NCBI RefSeq assembly: GCF_964194025.1
Contig: NC_134474.1
Location: forward strand, 4,898,001-4,962,000
Direction: 5' to 3'
Length of the DNA: 64,000 nucleotides
Source: Convolutriloba macropyga
Taxonomy: Eukaryota
Part shown: positions 20,979 to 35,900 of the stretch, piece after piece
Numbering within the stretch: position 1 is the stretch's first letter
How the letters are laid out: every line of letters begins with the position of its first letter
The notes under the pieces: generated by a model
Seen by the model: the letters and a program-made list of their open reading frames with translations, nothing else
Database searches by the model: none
What the model was told of the DNA's origin: nothing
Position numbers and translations under genes: made by a program

Positions 20979-23900
20979 ATGATGAATAACGCAACAAGAT
21001 TGGCTGTGATCAGACACTGTTGCAGACGCGTGAACATACAAGGAAATAATGGAACATCCTTTTTCGTCTCCTTGTTGAGCCCAAACCAGTGTTATCGCCG
21101 TTATCTGCTCAGTTCGGCAAATAGATTTGAAACCTTTAATTGGAAACAATCTAGGGATGTGTTTTTACCTCACCGCATGAACTGTGCTGATGTTAATCAT
21201 TAATTGCTCTACAGTTGGGAGCAGTCATTTTGTCATATTGTTTATTTGACCGTTTGACTTTTGTCAGACTATTTTTTGGAATTACTCACTCTGCGCACAA
21301 ATTAGTGGAAGTTTACCACAAGAAAGCCCTGATAATAGTTGCAATACTCAAATATCCGTTTGCGAATAAAAAATTCATAAACTAGATTTTACATTTGTTC
21401 TTGCTCCTTCTAATTTGGCATATTATTAGTAGGAAATCGTATATAATCTTTGTCAACAGGATATCATATAAATCACAATGACAATGAACCAGCTTGATTA
21501 CTGTTTAATTGCTCTTGAACGAAGTTCATAGCAATTATTGTAAACGTGTGTGTCTTTTTCTATGCAAAATTTTCGCTTGACTATTTTGACTTTTCGAGTG
21601 ACTTTCACGCCCTTGACTTTTCGCGTGATCTAAAATTCCCTCTCAATCACAATTTCAAGCAGCTGAACTCAATTGGCGGCAATTTAATACTAAAAGTCAA
21701 ATGAAAAGAGCGCCTTTTTTCACTTTAAATCTTAATAGTGGTAGATATTAACCTCTAATGTGGTTATTTCCACCGCCCACCCCCCCCCCCCCCTCCACGA
21801 CTGAAGCAGTCTGCAGTTCATTAGGGCTCCCACTAGTCATTCGAGAGCAATTCTTCCGACTTTTAATCGGTTATGTTTTTAATTTTCGTCAATTGTTTCC
21901 CGATTTTTCTCTTTTTTTAAAGCTGGAGGACCAAATTTTTTGGTGCACAAATTTAGGGGATCAGTGTACTTGTTCAGAATATTATAAATTTTTGCTAGTT
22001 CAACTGCCCAAAGATAGGTGAAAATGATGTTAAAATCCGTTGAATTGGTTAATAATAACTGCAACAGCGATAGGTAGGCGCAGCTATTGTTGGCCTTTTT
22101 TTCAACAAGACAATCTTTGTCAACTTTTCGGAAGGCCCTCTGATGTCAGGCTCACTTCGAATCTTTTTTTTTCTTCTAATGCATTTTTTAATGCAAGTTG
22201 CCTACGCGGTGTCGTTTTTACACTTTTGGAGTTTGTTCGCGTGAATGTTTTTCGGTCACGGTTGAGTTACCTCACTCTTTAGCTTTTCCGCACTACCTTT
22301 CCCTTATAGAGTTTTGCTTAATTTATTAGAAAGAGAAATGTGAAATAAGGATCGCTTAGTATATTTTCGGGGCAGTTTAACGGTACATAAGGCCATATGA
22401 ATTGAAGTAGCCATATAATAGTTTTTTCTCTGCCTTTCTTAGGTCGCGTTTTTCATTTGTGTTTTGAGACACAAGCTCTCGTTGCTATTTTTTGGAATTC
22501 GACCACCTGTTTTTAGCAGTGCCTTCTTGATTCGTCGAGCCATGTTTTAGTCCATTTTATTTCAGGAGTAAATATAATAAATGCTCCCAAAAATAGTTTG
22601 AATGATCGTTTTTTGTATTAAAGGTTAAAAATATTTTTTGGATTGTTTCCTTGACTGAATGGTTGACTCTCTTTTTTTCCACAATAATCTGAACAGCCTT
22701 ATACAGCAGCTGACGTTTCGTTGGTTTCTACAAAAAGATGCAAAATTTGAGCTGACTTTGGTCGCTTCTAAAATTGAAAAAATAGGTCAAGGATAAGCTC
22801 TAAGTTGACGCCAATGCAGCATCAGAATTGAAATTACCCCTATCAGAACTTGTGTTGAACATTCTTTATTTTCACTCTCTTTAATTAGCTGAATTCTTTC
22901 AATCTGTGGCTATTGTCCAGTTAATATGCCTTCTATGCCATTCTGATGAATTTTTAATTGCTCTCAGATGAAGTTTCTAGCAATTATATCAGTCCTGTTC
23001 TTTTTTATGCATTTTTTGTACTAACGAATTGTCGTCTGATAGTTTTTTTTTCGTCTGACCATTTTTATGCAGGGATAAGTGAAGTATTTGGCATAAAATT
23101 GACCCTGAAAGTGACCCTAAATATAATTGACCTTGATAAATGTTGTCGACTGCAAAAACATGGAGAATTTCATACTTTTTCTCTGGATGAACAATTATAT
23201 TTATTATTTGGCCGAAATATGCGTTATTAAGTTTTTGGCATAAAATTAATTGGTCGATAGTGACGTAATTTGTCAACAATTGAACAAAAATACATCCCTA
23301 ACTGTGTAGGAAGAAGTCATTGTGGGAACGTGGTAAAGATGTCTCAAAACCTTCAGTCGCCTTATTCTTTTTAACGTTTTCTGGACTCATCGGCTACTAC
23401 TTCTATCGTATAGACCAGAGAACCAAAGACAGACAACAGAAGGAAAAAGAGAAAGCGGAGTTCGATGACAAGAATAAGCGCAAGATTGGTTTCTTTCAGG
23501 CTGTCGATACTAAAGGTCAGTGTTTTCAGGCATTTCTTTTGTTGTATGTTCATGTCAAATATTGAATATTTTTTAATTTTTTTTAAAAATAAAACACGCA
23601 AAAAAATGGGTATGATCCACGCAATGGACAATTCAGTGAGCCCCCCCCCCCCCCCCCCCCCCACTATCAAACATCACAGCAGCGTATTTAAATTTATCGC
23701 AAAAATTGCATTTTGCATTTATTACTATTCACAGTTCTACAAACAAAACTGCGGGTTGCCACTGGTTCAATCGTTTCTGTATTTCTTAAAGCTGATCATT
23801 TTAAGTCGGCTAAACGACTCATTTTTTCAGCAAGATTGTAAAAGCAGTTTTGTTCAGTTTGTCTTTTCAGTCGTTAAGTAAGAAAGAAAGACTTAATTTC

Positions 23901-26900
23901 GTTATTGTGATACAAATCAACAATAAGCGAGGACAGATAACGAGATCAAGCGGATCTGCTATATCAATCTGCCACTAATTACAAATTAACATAATCACGT
24001 AACAATCATAATGTATTAAAAACCTAGTAGCACCATTTAAATTCAGTGCATCTCGAACTAACAAACAATTGGAGTAGTATTGATTATATGTATTTCTAAA
24101 GAGATCAATGCAAAGTCCAGCGAGGAAAGAACATTTTTACGATAAAAGATGATCCAGGGATTGACTAGTCATCATATTGCAGTCGCATTAAATTTTTGAT
24201 TTTCAAATATCTAAAATGTTTGACTTTTATTCGAATATGAACCTTGTTAGTTCATTTTTATTGACTAAATAGGAGTTTTTTACATGGTGGCAAAAATTGG
24301 ATAATTTCTTTCCAGAAGACAAATCCAAGCCTGATGAAATAACTCCAATTTTAATCAGTCTGTTGTAAAGTTTAGCACCTCGAAACCGAATGGAATTTTT
24401 ATGAATCTTTCGTTTACAAAAGGGGTCTTCTAACAATTTCAGATTGGACCTTCTGGTCACCCTTACGCAGGATTGTTTAAAAGTGAAAAGATTATTGCAA
24501 AAATCTTGCGTGCGTTGACTGTTTATAGCTTTCAGAGCAAACTTGAAGTTCGTAAATGCGTAGTTCATAAACTGTTAAGATTGAATTCTTCGCAAATAAA
24601 TCGTCGCAGTAATCGCTTTTTTTTCTGAAGTGAATAAGCTTAAGTATCTTCTTTTGTAAAAGAGAGATGGGTTTTAGAGACGAGTAGCTGCAGCAGCAAT
24701 AAACTAAAGCACCATACTGCAAGATAGGAGCAACATTAGTAATATAATATTCCAACAGCTTTTTTGTTGTATATGGACGGTTCCACATTGCTTACTGAGT
24801 CTTTCCTTCACAAAGTCAATATGGTACTGATATGAGAGTTTTCTGTCTAAATTTATTCCTAAGTATTTGCACACAGGTTTCACTGGTATATTATCGGAGT
24901 TCATGTAAAATGTCGTGTCTACGGATAGTGCTTTCAGATTCATCTGAACTGTTTTTTCTAAGTTTACGCCGATTTCACTTCCAGGCATTTAGAAGTGAAA
25001 TCGGCCGATAGTTGTTTTCTTTCAGTTTGCAATCTCCTTTATGTAGCGGGAAAACTTTTGCTTTTGCCAATTCTTTTGGGAAAATTCCCCTCTGAATAGA
25101 AAATTTAAGAAGACTAAGTACTGTATTACTACTTCCATCGAAGTCTTAATTAGAACATTAATTATTAGATCATCGCCTGACGAAAATTTGTTGTCCAGCT
25201 GCGCCACAATTCCTATTACTTCCATTTTAGTTGTCTGGTAAAAAAACACAGAGGTTTCTTCAGATAGAAAATTCGGAGTAAAAGGCTTTTTTAGGTGTTT
25301 ATTTATGTTATATCTAATAGTAGCGAAGAATTTATTGAACAAATTTGCATTATCTTCATCTGTTGGTTCAATTTTATTGTTGAAGCTTGAGCTCAGAAGC
25401 GGTATGTTAGTTGAATTTGAAGATTTGCCTTTCAACTCATTCAGAAGTTTGAAAGTCTTTCGAGACTTTCCTAAACCAGAATTAAATTTATTCAGATAGA
25501 AGGACCTTTTTGCCATTTTTATTTCCTGCTCAAGCAACTGTCTTCGATTTCTAAACTGCTCAAGTAGATTCGTGTTTTCCTTTTCTCTTTTCCATTTGGA
25601 GTGTGCCTCGTCTCGCTTGCTTCGTAAATTCTTTAAACGTTTATTAAACCATAAGGGCATTTTGGATTTCTTCTTTGCATTTCTCATTGGAGCAAAAGAA
25701 TCAGTTACTTCCCGGAAAAGTCGAGAGAATTCGCTGAAAGCTGAGCAAGGACAATTATTTTGATATATGAGATCTTCATTGGCTTGTATATGTTGTAGCA
25801 ATGGTTTTTTATATTCAAGTACAAAACCAGGGTTTTTTGTAAAACTAATATCACGAAAAAACTTTCTGGTATTTTCTCGTTCAATTTTTGCTGACAGCAT
25901 TATTTTAACTGGGTAATGATCAGCATTACCTTGCATTTTCAAGCACTTCCACTTTTTCATTAAACAAATTTTGATAAATAAAATGGTCCAAGCATGTTTT
26001 TGAGCTGAGGGTCACACGTGTTGCTTCGAGAGGTTTTATATTAAAATTATTTGCTTCAATGCGGTTTAAATAGCTTTGAGTTAGTCGGTTTCTTGAGCTT
26101 ATGTCGAGGTTCATATCCCCACAAACGATCATTGGTTGATCGGCTGAGTTATTGTTCTCTAAAAATCGATCGAATTTTTCAATGAAGTCAATTTTATTCG
26201 TTCTGGGTGGATTATAAATAACAGCTAATCTCAAATTGTAACCCCTTATATTAATATCAGCAAAAAGTGATTCATCAAAACTTGTTTCGCGTTCCTTAAT
26301 ACTTTGGCGACTTGGTTTGCATTGAATCATTACCCCACCCCCTCTAAATTTACGATTTTTTACAAGGAAACACGTATATCCTGCAATTAGCATGCAACCA
26401 GGGTCGTCTTCATCAGTAAGCCATGTTTCCGTTATACACAGCACATCAGGTTGACACTGCTGACTTAAAACAAAAGCTTCCAGATCATTGAAATGCTTCC
26501 TAATTGATCTAATATTAACGTTTACAATATTTATGTTATTCAAACGGTTGATGTGATTTTTTACATTATCATTAGCGACGAAAAAAATTTTGTTCGTTTT
26601 GATTGGAATCCGTTCTTATTTCCATTTGATTGGCTTCGGAAATAGTGTGGTCGTAATTTGTTTCTGAGGAAAACATCATTTGAACTTAAAAGTTTTTCCT
26701 TCAAGTTTCCAAATGTAGAAAATTAACCCTCTCTCGACCACGCGCTTTCAATTCTCGGGTCAGTTTTTATCAGATTCAAAAAAATCAAACGCCCTTTACT
26801 CAGCTCTTCGTAAATTCGTACGTTTCCATATTTGCTGGAAGACCTCAAATTTCGTCTACATCTGAGCATGTTAATCTTGCTGCCACGTCTAGTAAACTTG

Positions 26901-29900
26901 ACAATTACGGGTTTGTTTGCACTTTTTGATGGTAACAGATGTGCAATCCAAATATCTCTTTCATCAAGTTGAACGTCCATTTCAGAAGCTAGTTCTCGGA
27001 TCAAAGTAGCCGTTTCCTCATAAATTTCACGTTGTATTGATTGTAGCCCAATAATTTTAATATTTTCCCTTCTATTGTATATTTCAAGAATTTCTGGTTC
27101 TGAGAGTGTTTTTAATTTGGCGTCCGCAGTTTGTATATCCAGCTCACACATCATCTCTGATCTCAGTTCATTTACTTTTTTGTCAACTATTTCGTCTATC
27201 GTCACTCTCAATTCGCTGCGAATCGTTTCCATGATAGTTGGAATAAGGCTAGTGATTGATTTGTGAATGCTCTCTTCAATTGATTTCACCACAGCTGGTT
27301 CTAGTGAAATTTCATTTACGGGACTTAACAGCACATCCTCTTTTTTCCCCCTTATTATGTGGTGTTTGTTGCTGGATTACAGGATGAGTGCTTGTTGGCA
27401 AATTAAGCGAAGAGGGTGTTTTGCCTTGAAATTTTAAAGTTGGAAGGACATCTTGGTTGTCGTTGCTCATTAATCCGCTTTCCCATAACTCATCGTTAGT
27501 TGCCATTGCTTCATTTACCGATACATTGGGTTCACTCACTGCAAAGGCATTGTCCTGGCTCATATTTCTTTCAAATAAATCGGATGTTTCTTGCAGTTGA
27601 AATTTTGGTGTATTGCAGGAAGAAATTTATATACAAAAGCACTAGTTTCAAAAATTATATACTTCCTTTCCAGAATTTGAGAAGAAAATAGGCAACTTGA
27701 GAGAACTAGAAGTAAAGTATATATTTGCTATCAACAGCGCCAAATGAATGGTTGAGGACAAACGAATTCAATATAATTTTCTGTACAACTAACACCGTCA
27801 GTTATTATTTTCAGAATAATATACTGACGTTGGGTAATTCAATGCAAGTATTGGCGAAAACTACTTCGTTGATTGCATTCAATAAATCACTTAGATCTTT
27901 ACAATCAGCGGCTTCAATCATCAGTTCCAAGATAATTAAATCTCTAAAACCGGTTCAGGAAGCAGCGAGAGTAAAGGTATTTAAATCCAAAATTCGAAAT
28001 TTATTGGATTCAANNNNNNNNNNNNNNNNNNNNNNNNNNNNNNNNNNNNNNNNNNNNNNNNNNNNNNNNNNNNNNNNNNNNNNNNNNNNNNNNNNNNNNN
28101 NNNNNNNNNNNNNNNNNNNNNNNNNNNNNNNNNNNNNNNNNNNNNNNNNNNNNNNNNNNNNNNNNNNNNNNNNNNNNNNNNNNNNNNNNNNNNNNNNNNN
28201 NNNNNNNNNNNNNNNNNNNNNNNNNNNNNNNNNNNNNNNNNNNNNNNNNNNNNNNNNNNNNNNNNNNNNNNNNNNNNNNNNNNNNNNNNNNNATGTAAAA
28301 TGTATGATACGCCCGGGCCGGTTTTAAAATATCATTGTATGATACGCCCTCCGCCAACCCCGAGCCGACTACTTTTTTGAATGAAATTTTGAACATATAT
28401 TAGGATATTAGGCGCAATTTCATCGACAGAAAAAAAATTTGAGCCCCAAAGGTGCTCAAAATTTTTCAGTAATAATATTACCAAAAAAAATTATTAAGGG
28501 CGCATCATACAAAAAAATTGTCTGAGGTGATTTTTTTGTGAAAAACTTGTTATTTATTCCCACAAAAGTCGAAACAGGGCTTTCTACTGGGCTTTAGGGT
28601 TTCAATCCGTGAAACAGCCTGTTCGTAGGGTAGTAGCGATGTTATTATGTGAGTTTTTATTGTTGAAAACACATCATTCATTTAGTTTTTATTGTGATTT
28701 CTGATCGAAGCACGCCCTTATGAGTCAGGAAACCTGTTGTTGGCAATATTTTTGGGTCATATATTCCAATGCAAATCCTCGGTTGTTAAACTGAACTGGT
28801 TTTGACAAAAATTTTTGATTTTAGTTCAAAATCAAATATTTTGATTCAGAAATTTTTTACAATAGTTGATATTTCACTCGAAGAATTGTGTTTACTTGAT
28901 GAACTGGATAACTCAATTACCGTTGCTACGCTCAGTTCACTCATTGAACCTAAGCAGAGAAACGAGAAGCAAAATTTGCCGAGTTTTGATAAAGTGGACA
29001 AAGATGACGTAGAGATATATCTCTATGCAGATCAAGATAAATTTTTTGTAAAATTTGTTATGATAAAAAAATTGGGGATTGTTTGCCACAGATTCATTTC
29101 AGAAGGATGGCTCTGTTTGGTTCTACCGGGGAACGAGGTTCAGTAGAGACGAATACTTCAAAAAACTCATTGAGTCCGAATTCGCAGATGAAAAAATTAT
29201 TACTAATGAAAAATGAATTGTATATCCATATAACAGGGATGTTGCTTTGGCAACGGCGTTTATCGCTCGGTATACCAACTATGAGCAAAAAAGACCGAAT
29301 TTTAGAGTAAAAAGCTACGTTTCGCGAGACAGATTGCCGAATGTCCAGTTTATCGCATTGAGAAAAGTGGGAATAACTTTTTTTTTACAAAATCGGGCTG
29401 TATAGTGCGACCTAATAGTTAAAAATAATTTTTTCCAAAAGTGTTCAAAAACAGCCCTTTTTTAGAAAGGAGCTCTAAAATAGGCCACTTTTTTCATTCG
29501 TGAAGCAGTTCTTGGCAGTTCAGGCCTGTAGTGGTCAATTCACAAAAATTTGTATGATAAACCCTTAATAATTAAAAATTTGCTAAGCAAATTTTGAAGT
29601 CAATTATTAGTGGTTTTTAGTTTTTGTGTAGGGCTGAAATTCAGCATGCAGGTTTGTTTTGGGCTTGGATAAAATGCGCACACAAGACATCTGAACGTTT
29701 TCAGTTCAAAAAGTGACTTTGAGGATTTCGGTGTATGATACGACCTCAATAATTCACTATGTATGATACACCCCAATAATTATTTTTGATGTNNNNNNNN
29801 NNNNNNNNNNNNNNNNNNNNNNNNNNNNNNNNNNNNNNNNNNNNNNNNNNNNNNNNNNNNNNNNNNNNNNNNNNNNNNNNNNNNNNNNNNNNNNNNNNNN

Positions 29901-32900
29901 NNNNNNNNNNNNNNNNNNNNNNNNNNNNNNNNNNNNNNNNNNNNNNNNNNNNNNNNNNNNNNNNNNNNNNNNNNNNNNNNNNNNNNNNNNACTATTATAA
30001 ACTAAATCAACAAGACACAGGGCACTACTAACATTATTTCTTCGATTTCTTCTTGCTTTTTCTTTTTCTGCTTTTTGATCGTTTCTGCAAAGTCAATTTA
30101 TCTAATCTATCTTTGTGGCGCAATACCGTTCTCAATAAGTTGATTTCGGTTTGGGATGATGGATGTATTTGCTGTAGTTGTTGTTGATAATAATATGATG
30201 TTCGTTTGCGATGTGAAATAAGTTGACGCTTGACACTCAAGATGGGGCAGATATTCAATTGGACCAGTTTATCGAATAAATCAGGTGTTCCAAATCTACG
30301 GTTGTAAACAATAGCTGTAAGTTGTTTCTCAAAAATCTTTAGTGAGTTGCTGAATTTATCAATTGAAAGAGGTTGATTCTTGTTGCTGTGATGTGGTGTA
30401 ATACTATTATTGATTACATCGTGCCAACTAATTAGATCAGATAGCCTATTCAAGGGGGGTTTTCTCAATAATAGTTGCAGGTTAAGATTGTTTTCACAGT
30501 TGTTATTTAGGCTGAGGCTCTTCTTTGAAAAAGTCTGAACGGTTAATTTAAACTTTAGTAGTGTCCGATGAGGTGTCCTGTTCACAGCATTAAAGAGACA
30601 GCTTGCAACAATGATAAGCACCATGGAAATAACATCAATCGAACCTCTAAAATCCCTTTACGGGCTCCCAGCTCTTGTTCGATTCGTCGATTATTCACTA
30701 TACAACTGAAATGTCCTTATTATATAGCAACGAATTGCTATTTAATATGTTTATCACAACAATTAGGCTAAGTGAATTTCTGTGATGTTTTTTTTTCGAT
30801 TAGTTAAATAACAGCTGGAAAAAAATGATTAATACAATACTTTTTAATGTTTATTGAGCATCTGTGTTTCCTGCTCATTGCGCTCTCGTTTTTCCACAAT
30901 TTTGCAATTTTTTGGCAAAAGAATCGAGCAAGTGAGCAGTGATTTGGAAAATTTTTATCTGATCCATCTTTTCTTTCGATAATTTTTAAAATTTTGCAAT
31001 GAAACTGTCATTCATTCTTAAACTTTAGACCTGAAATTGATGTGGGCAAAGAAGTTGGCGAAGGTTTAATCAAATGATTAAATCAAAAATGCGTCAAGTT
31101 GAGCTAATTGGTCCCTAAAGAATTTTTAAAGCAGTTACTTTGTTCTGTTTATGCGACATTAAGTCTTGGCACATTTTTGGTTGCTCAACAACGCAATTGC
31201 GATACTTGCTTCAAATCAATTAATTCCCTGTTAATGAAGTCAATTAGCATCAAACACGCACGCCTTAATTAAGTGAGGGTAGAATCCGGGAGCCACCCCT
31301 CTTCCTTGTGAATTCCTCGGACTATAATTGGTGATGTTTAATTGCTCTCAAACGAAGTTTGTAGCAATTATATTAGTCCTGTCGGTCTTTTTTTTATGCG
31401 ATTTTTCGCTTGACCAATTTTTCGTCTGACGCTTTTGACTTTTCGTCCTCAAAAACGGGATAAACAGGTAGCGCCCAGCGGGCATTATGTGCTCTTAGAG
31501 CCTTTCAGGTCTGTTTCAGCTCAAACTGTCTTGGAGACTTATACTTATACTTATGGTGTGAGGGGCGGTTCTTAGAGGTTGACACCCCCCCTCTTTGTTG
31601 ACCCCCCACCCCCACTATTGGCTCCACCCCCCCCCCCCCACCGCGCTTTTGCCCCCTCCCCCACCCAGTGCTGCCCCCATCAGCCCCCGGTGCACCCCCC
31701 CCCCCCCCCCCCCGTGGCTAGCTACTGACCAAGCCAACCGCTCGCCGGTCGTTTGAGAGCAATTCGCCCGACGTTAGTCGGTTATGTTTTATAGTTTAGG
31801 TACATTTGCAGGCCTGTCCATCTATTTTTGGCAATCCAGTTGGTTATGTTGGTCTAGAAGGAGACATTGTCTTTTTAGAGCATTTCTTCTGACATTATTT
31901 GGTTGTATTTTTTTAGCACATTTGCGAGCCTCGCTGTCTTTTTCGTTGGTTATTAGTTGGTTATGTTGGTTTAGGATGTGCAAATGTTATGTGAATTTCT
32001 GTTGCTTGTTGACCAGTTTTGGTCCGAATGATTCGATATGAGTTCGAGATCTTAATTTATTGATCCCATTTTAATAGCAATCGTTGGATGGACCTTACAA
32101 AGCGTTTCTATGAATTGACCTTTAATGTCATTATTCAAATAAAAGTTAAGAATAGCGATTTGACGCATAATTGTTGATTAATTGCTCTCAAACGAAGTTT
32201 GTAGCAATTATATTAGTCCTGTCGGTTTTTTTAGGCGATTTTTCGCTTGACCGATTTTTCGACTGACGCTTTTGACTTTTTGTCCTCAAAAACGGGATAA
32301 ACAGGTAGCGCCCATTGGGCATTAAGTGCTCTTAGAGCCTTTCTGCTCTGTTTCAGCTCAAACTGTTTTGGAGACTTAAACTTATGGTGTGAAGGGCGGT
32401 TCTTAGACCTTACAAAGCGTTTCTATGAATTGAATTTTAATGTCATTATTTAAATAAAAGTTAAGAATAGCGATGCGATTTGACGCATAATTGATGATTA
32501 ATTGCTCTCAAACGAAGTTTGTAGCAATTATATTAGTCCTGTCGGTCTTTTTTATGCGATTTTTCGCTTGACCGATTTTTCGACTGACGCTTTTGACTTT
32601 TTGTCCTCAAAAACGGGATAAACAGATAGCGCCCAGCGGGCATTAAGTGCTCCTAGAGCCTTTCTGCTCTGTTTCAGCTCAAACTGTTTTGGAGACTTAA
32701 ACTTATGGTGTGAAGGGCGGTTCTTAGACCTTTCAAAGCGTTTCTATGAATTGACCTTTAATGTCAGCGATTTGACGCATAATTGATGATTAATTGCTCT
32801 CAAACGAAGTTTGTAGCAATTATATTAGTCCTGTCGGTTTTTTTAGGCGATTTTTCGCTTGACCGATTTTTCGACTGACGCTTTTGACTTTTTGTCCTCA

Positions 32901-35900
32901 AAAACGGGATAAACAGGTAGCGCCCATTGGGCATTAAGTGCTCTTAGAGCCTTTCTGCTCTGTTTCAGCTCAAACTGTTTTGGAGACTTAAACTTATGGT
33001 GTGAAGGGCGGTTCTTAGACCTTACAAAGCGTTTCTATGAATTGAATTTTAATGTCATTATTTAAATAAAAGTTAAGAATAGCGATGCGATTTGACAAAT
33101 AATTGATGATTAATTGCTCTCAAAGGAAGTTTGTAGCAATTATATTAGTCCTGTCGGTCTTTCTTATGCGATTTTTCGCTTGACCGATTTTTCGACTGAC
33201 GCTTTTGACTTTTTGTCCTCAAAAACGGGATAAACAGGTAGCGCCCAGTGGGCATTAAGTGCTCTTAGAGCCTTGCCGCTCTGTTTCAGCTCAAACTGTT
33301 TTGGAGACTTAAACTTATGGTGTGAATGGCGGTTCTTAGACCTTACAAAGCGTTTCTATGAATTGACCTTTAATGTCATTATTTAAATAAAAGTTAAGAA
33401 TAGCGATGCGATTTGACGCATAATTGATGATTAATTGCTCTCAAACGAAGTTTGTAGCAATTATATTAGTCCTGTCGGTCTTTTTTATGCGATTTTTTGC
33501 TTGACCGATTTTTCGACTGACGCTTTTGACTTTTTGTCCTCAAAAACGGGATAAACAGGTAGCGCCCAGCGGGCATTAAGTGCTCCTAGAGCCTTTCTGC
33601 TCTGTTTCAGCTCAAACTGTTTTGGAGAATTAAACTTATGGTGTGAAGGGCGGTTCTTAGACCTTACAAAGCGTTTCTATGAATTGACCTTTAATGTCAT
33701 TATTTAAATAAAAGTTAAGAATAGCGATGCGATTTGACGCATAATTGATGATTAATTGCTCTCAGACGAAGTTTGTAGCAATTATATTAGCCTGTCGGTC
33801 TTTTTTATGCGATTTTTCGCTTGACCGATTTTTCGACTGACGCTTTTGACTTTTTGTCCTCAAAAACGGGATAAACAGGTAGCGCCCAGCGGGCATTAAG
33901 TGCTCCTAGAGCCTTTCTGCTCTGTTTCAGCTCAAACTTTTTTGGAGACTTAAACTTATGGTGTGAAGGGCGGTTCTTAGACCTTACAAAGCGTTTCTAT
34001 GAATTGACCTTTAATGTCATTATTTAAATAAAAGTTAAGAATAGCGATGCGATTTGACGCATAATTGATGATTAATTGCTCTCAAACGAAGTTTGTAGCA
34101 ATTATATTAGTCCTGTCGGTCTTTTTATGCGATTTTTCGCTTGACCGATTTTTCGACTGACGCTTTTGACTTTTTGTCCTCAAAAACGGGATAAACAGGT
34201 AGCGCCCAGCGGGCATTAAGTGCTCTTAGAGCCTTTCCGCTCTGTTTCAGCTCAAACTGTTTTGGAGACTTAAACTTATGGTGTGAAGGGCGTTTCTTAG
34301 ACCTTACAAAGCGTTTCTATGAATTGACTTTTAATGTCATTATTTAAATAAAAGTTAAGAATAGCCATGCGATTTGACACATAATTGGTGATTAATTGCT
34401 CTCAGACGAAGTTTGTAGCAATTATATTAGTCCTGTCGGTCTTTTTTATGCGATTTTTCGCTTGACCGATTTTTCGACTGACGCTTTTGACTTTTTGTCC
34501 TCAAAAACGGGATAAACAGGTAGCGCCCAGCGGGCATTAAGTGCTCTTAGAGCCTTTCCGCTCTGTTTCAGCTCAAACTGTTTTGGAGACTTTAACTTAT
34601 GGTGTGAAGGGCGGTTCTTAGACCTTACAAAGCGTTTCTATGAATTGACCTTTAATGTCATTATTTAAATAAAAGTTAAGAATAGCCATGCGATTTGACG
34701 CATAATTGATGATTAATTGCTCTCAGACGAAGTTTGTAGCAATTATATTAGTCCTGTCGGTCTTTTTTATGCGATTTTTCGCTTGACCGATTTTTCGACT
34801 GACGCTTTTGACTTTTTGTCCTCAAAAACGGGATAAACAGGTAGCGCCCAGCGGGCATTAAGTGCTCTTAGAGCCTTTCTGCTCTGTTTCAGCTCAAACT
34901 GTTTTGGAGACTTAAACTTATGGTGTGAAGGGCGGTTCTTAGACCTTACAAAGCGTTTCTATGAATTGACCTTTAATGTCATTATTTAAATAAAAGTTAA
35001 GAATAGGAATGCGATTTGACGCATAATTGATGATTAATTGCTCTCAAACGAGGTTTGTAGCAATTATATTAGTCCTGTCGGTCTTTTTTATGCGATTTTT
35101 CGCTTGACCGATTTTTCGACTGACGCTTTTGACTTTTTGTCCTCAAAAACGGGATAAACAGGTAGCGCCCAGCGGGCATTAAGTGCTCTTAGAGCCTTTC
35201 CGCTCTGTTTCAGCTCAAACTGTTTTGGAGACTTAAACTTATGGTGTGAAGGGCGGTTCTTAGACCTTACAAAGCGTTTCTATGAATTGACCTTTAATGT
35301 CATTATTTAAATAAAAGTTAAGAATAGCCATGCGATTTGACGCATAATTGATGATTAATTGCTCTCAGACGAAGTTTGTAGCAATTATATTAGTCCTGTC
35401 GGTCTTTTTTATGCGATTTTTCGCTTGACCGATTTTTCGACTGACGCTTTTGACTTTTTGTCCTCAAAAACGGGATAAACAGGTAGCGCCCAGCGGGCAT
35501 TAAGTGCTCTTAGAGCCTTTCTGCTCTGTTTCAGCTCAAACTGTTTTGGAGACTTAAACTTATGGTGTGAAGGGCGGTTCTTAGACCTTACAAAGCGTTT
35601 CTATGAATTGACCTTTAATGTCATTATTTAAATAAAAGTTAAGAATAGCGATGCGATTTGACGCATAATTGATGATTAATTGCTCTCAAACGAAGTTTGT
35701 AGCAATTATATTAGTCCTGTCGGTCTTTTTAATGCGATTTTTCGCTTGACCGATTTTTCGACTGACGCTTTTGACTTTTTGTCCTCAAAAACGGGATAAA
35801 CAGGTAGCGCCCAGCGGGCATTAAGTGCTCTTGGAGCCTTTCTGCTCTGTTTCAGCTCAAACTGTTTTGGAGACTTAAACTTATGGTGTGAAGGGCGGTT

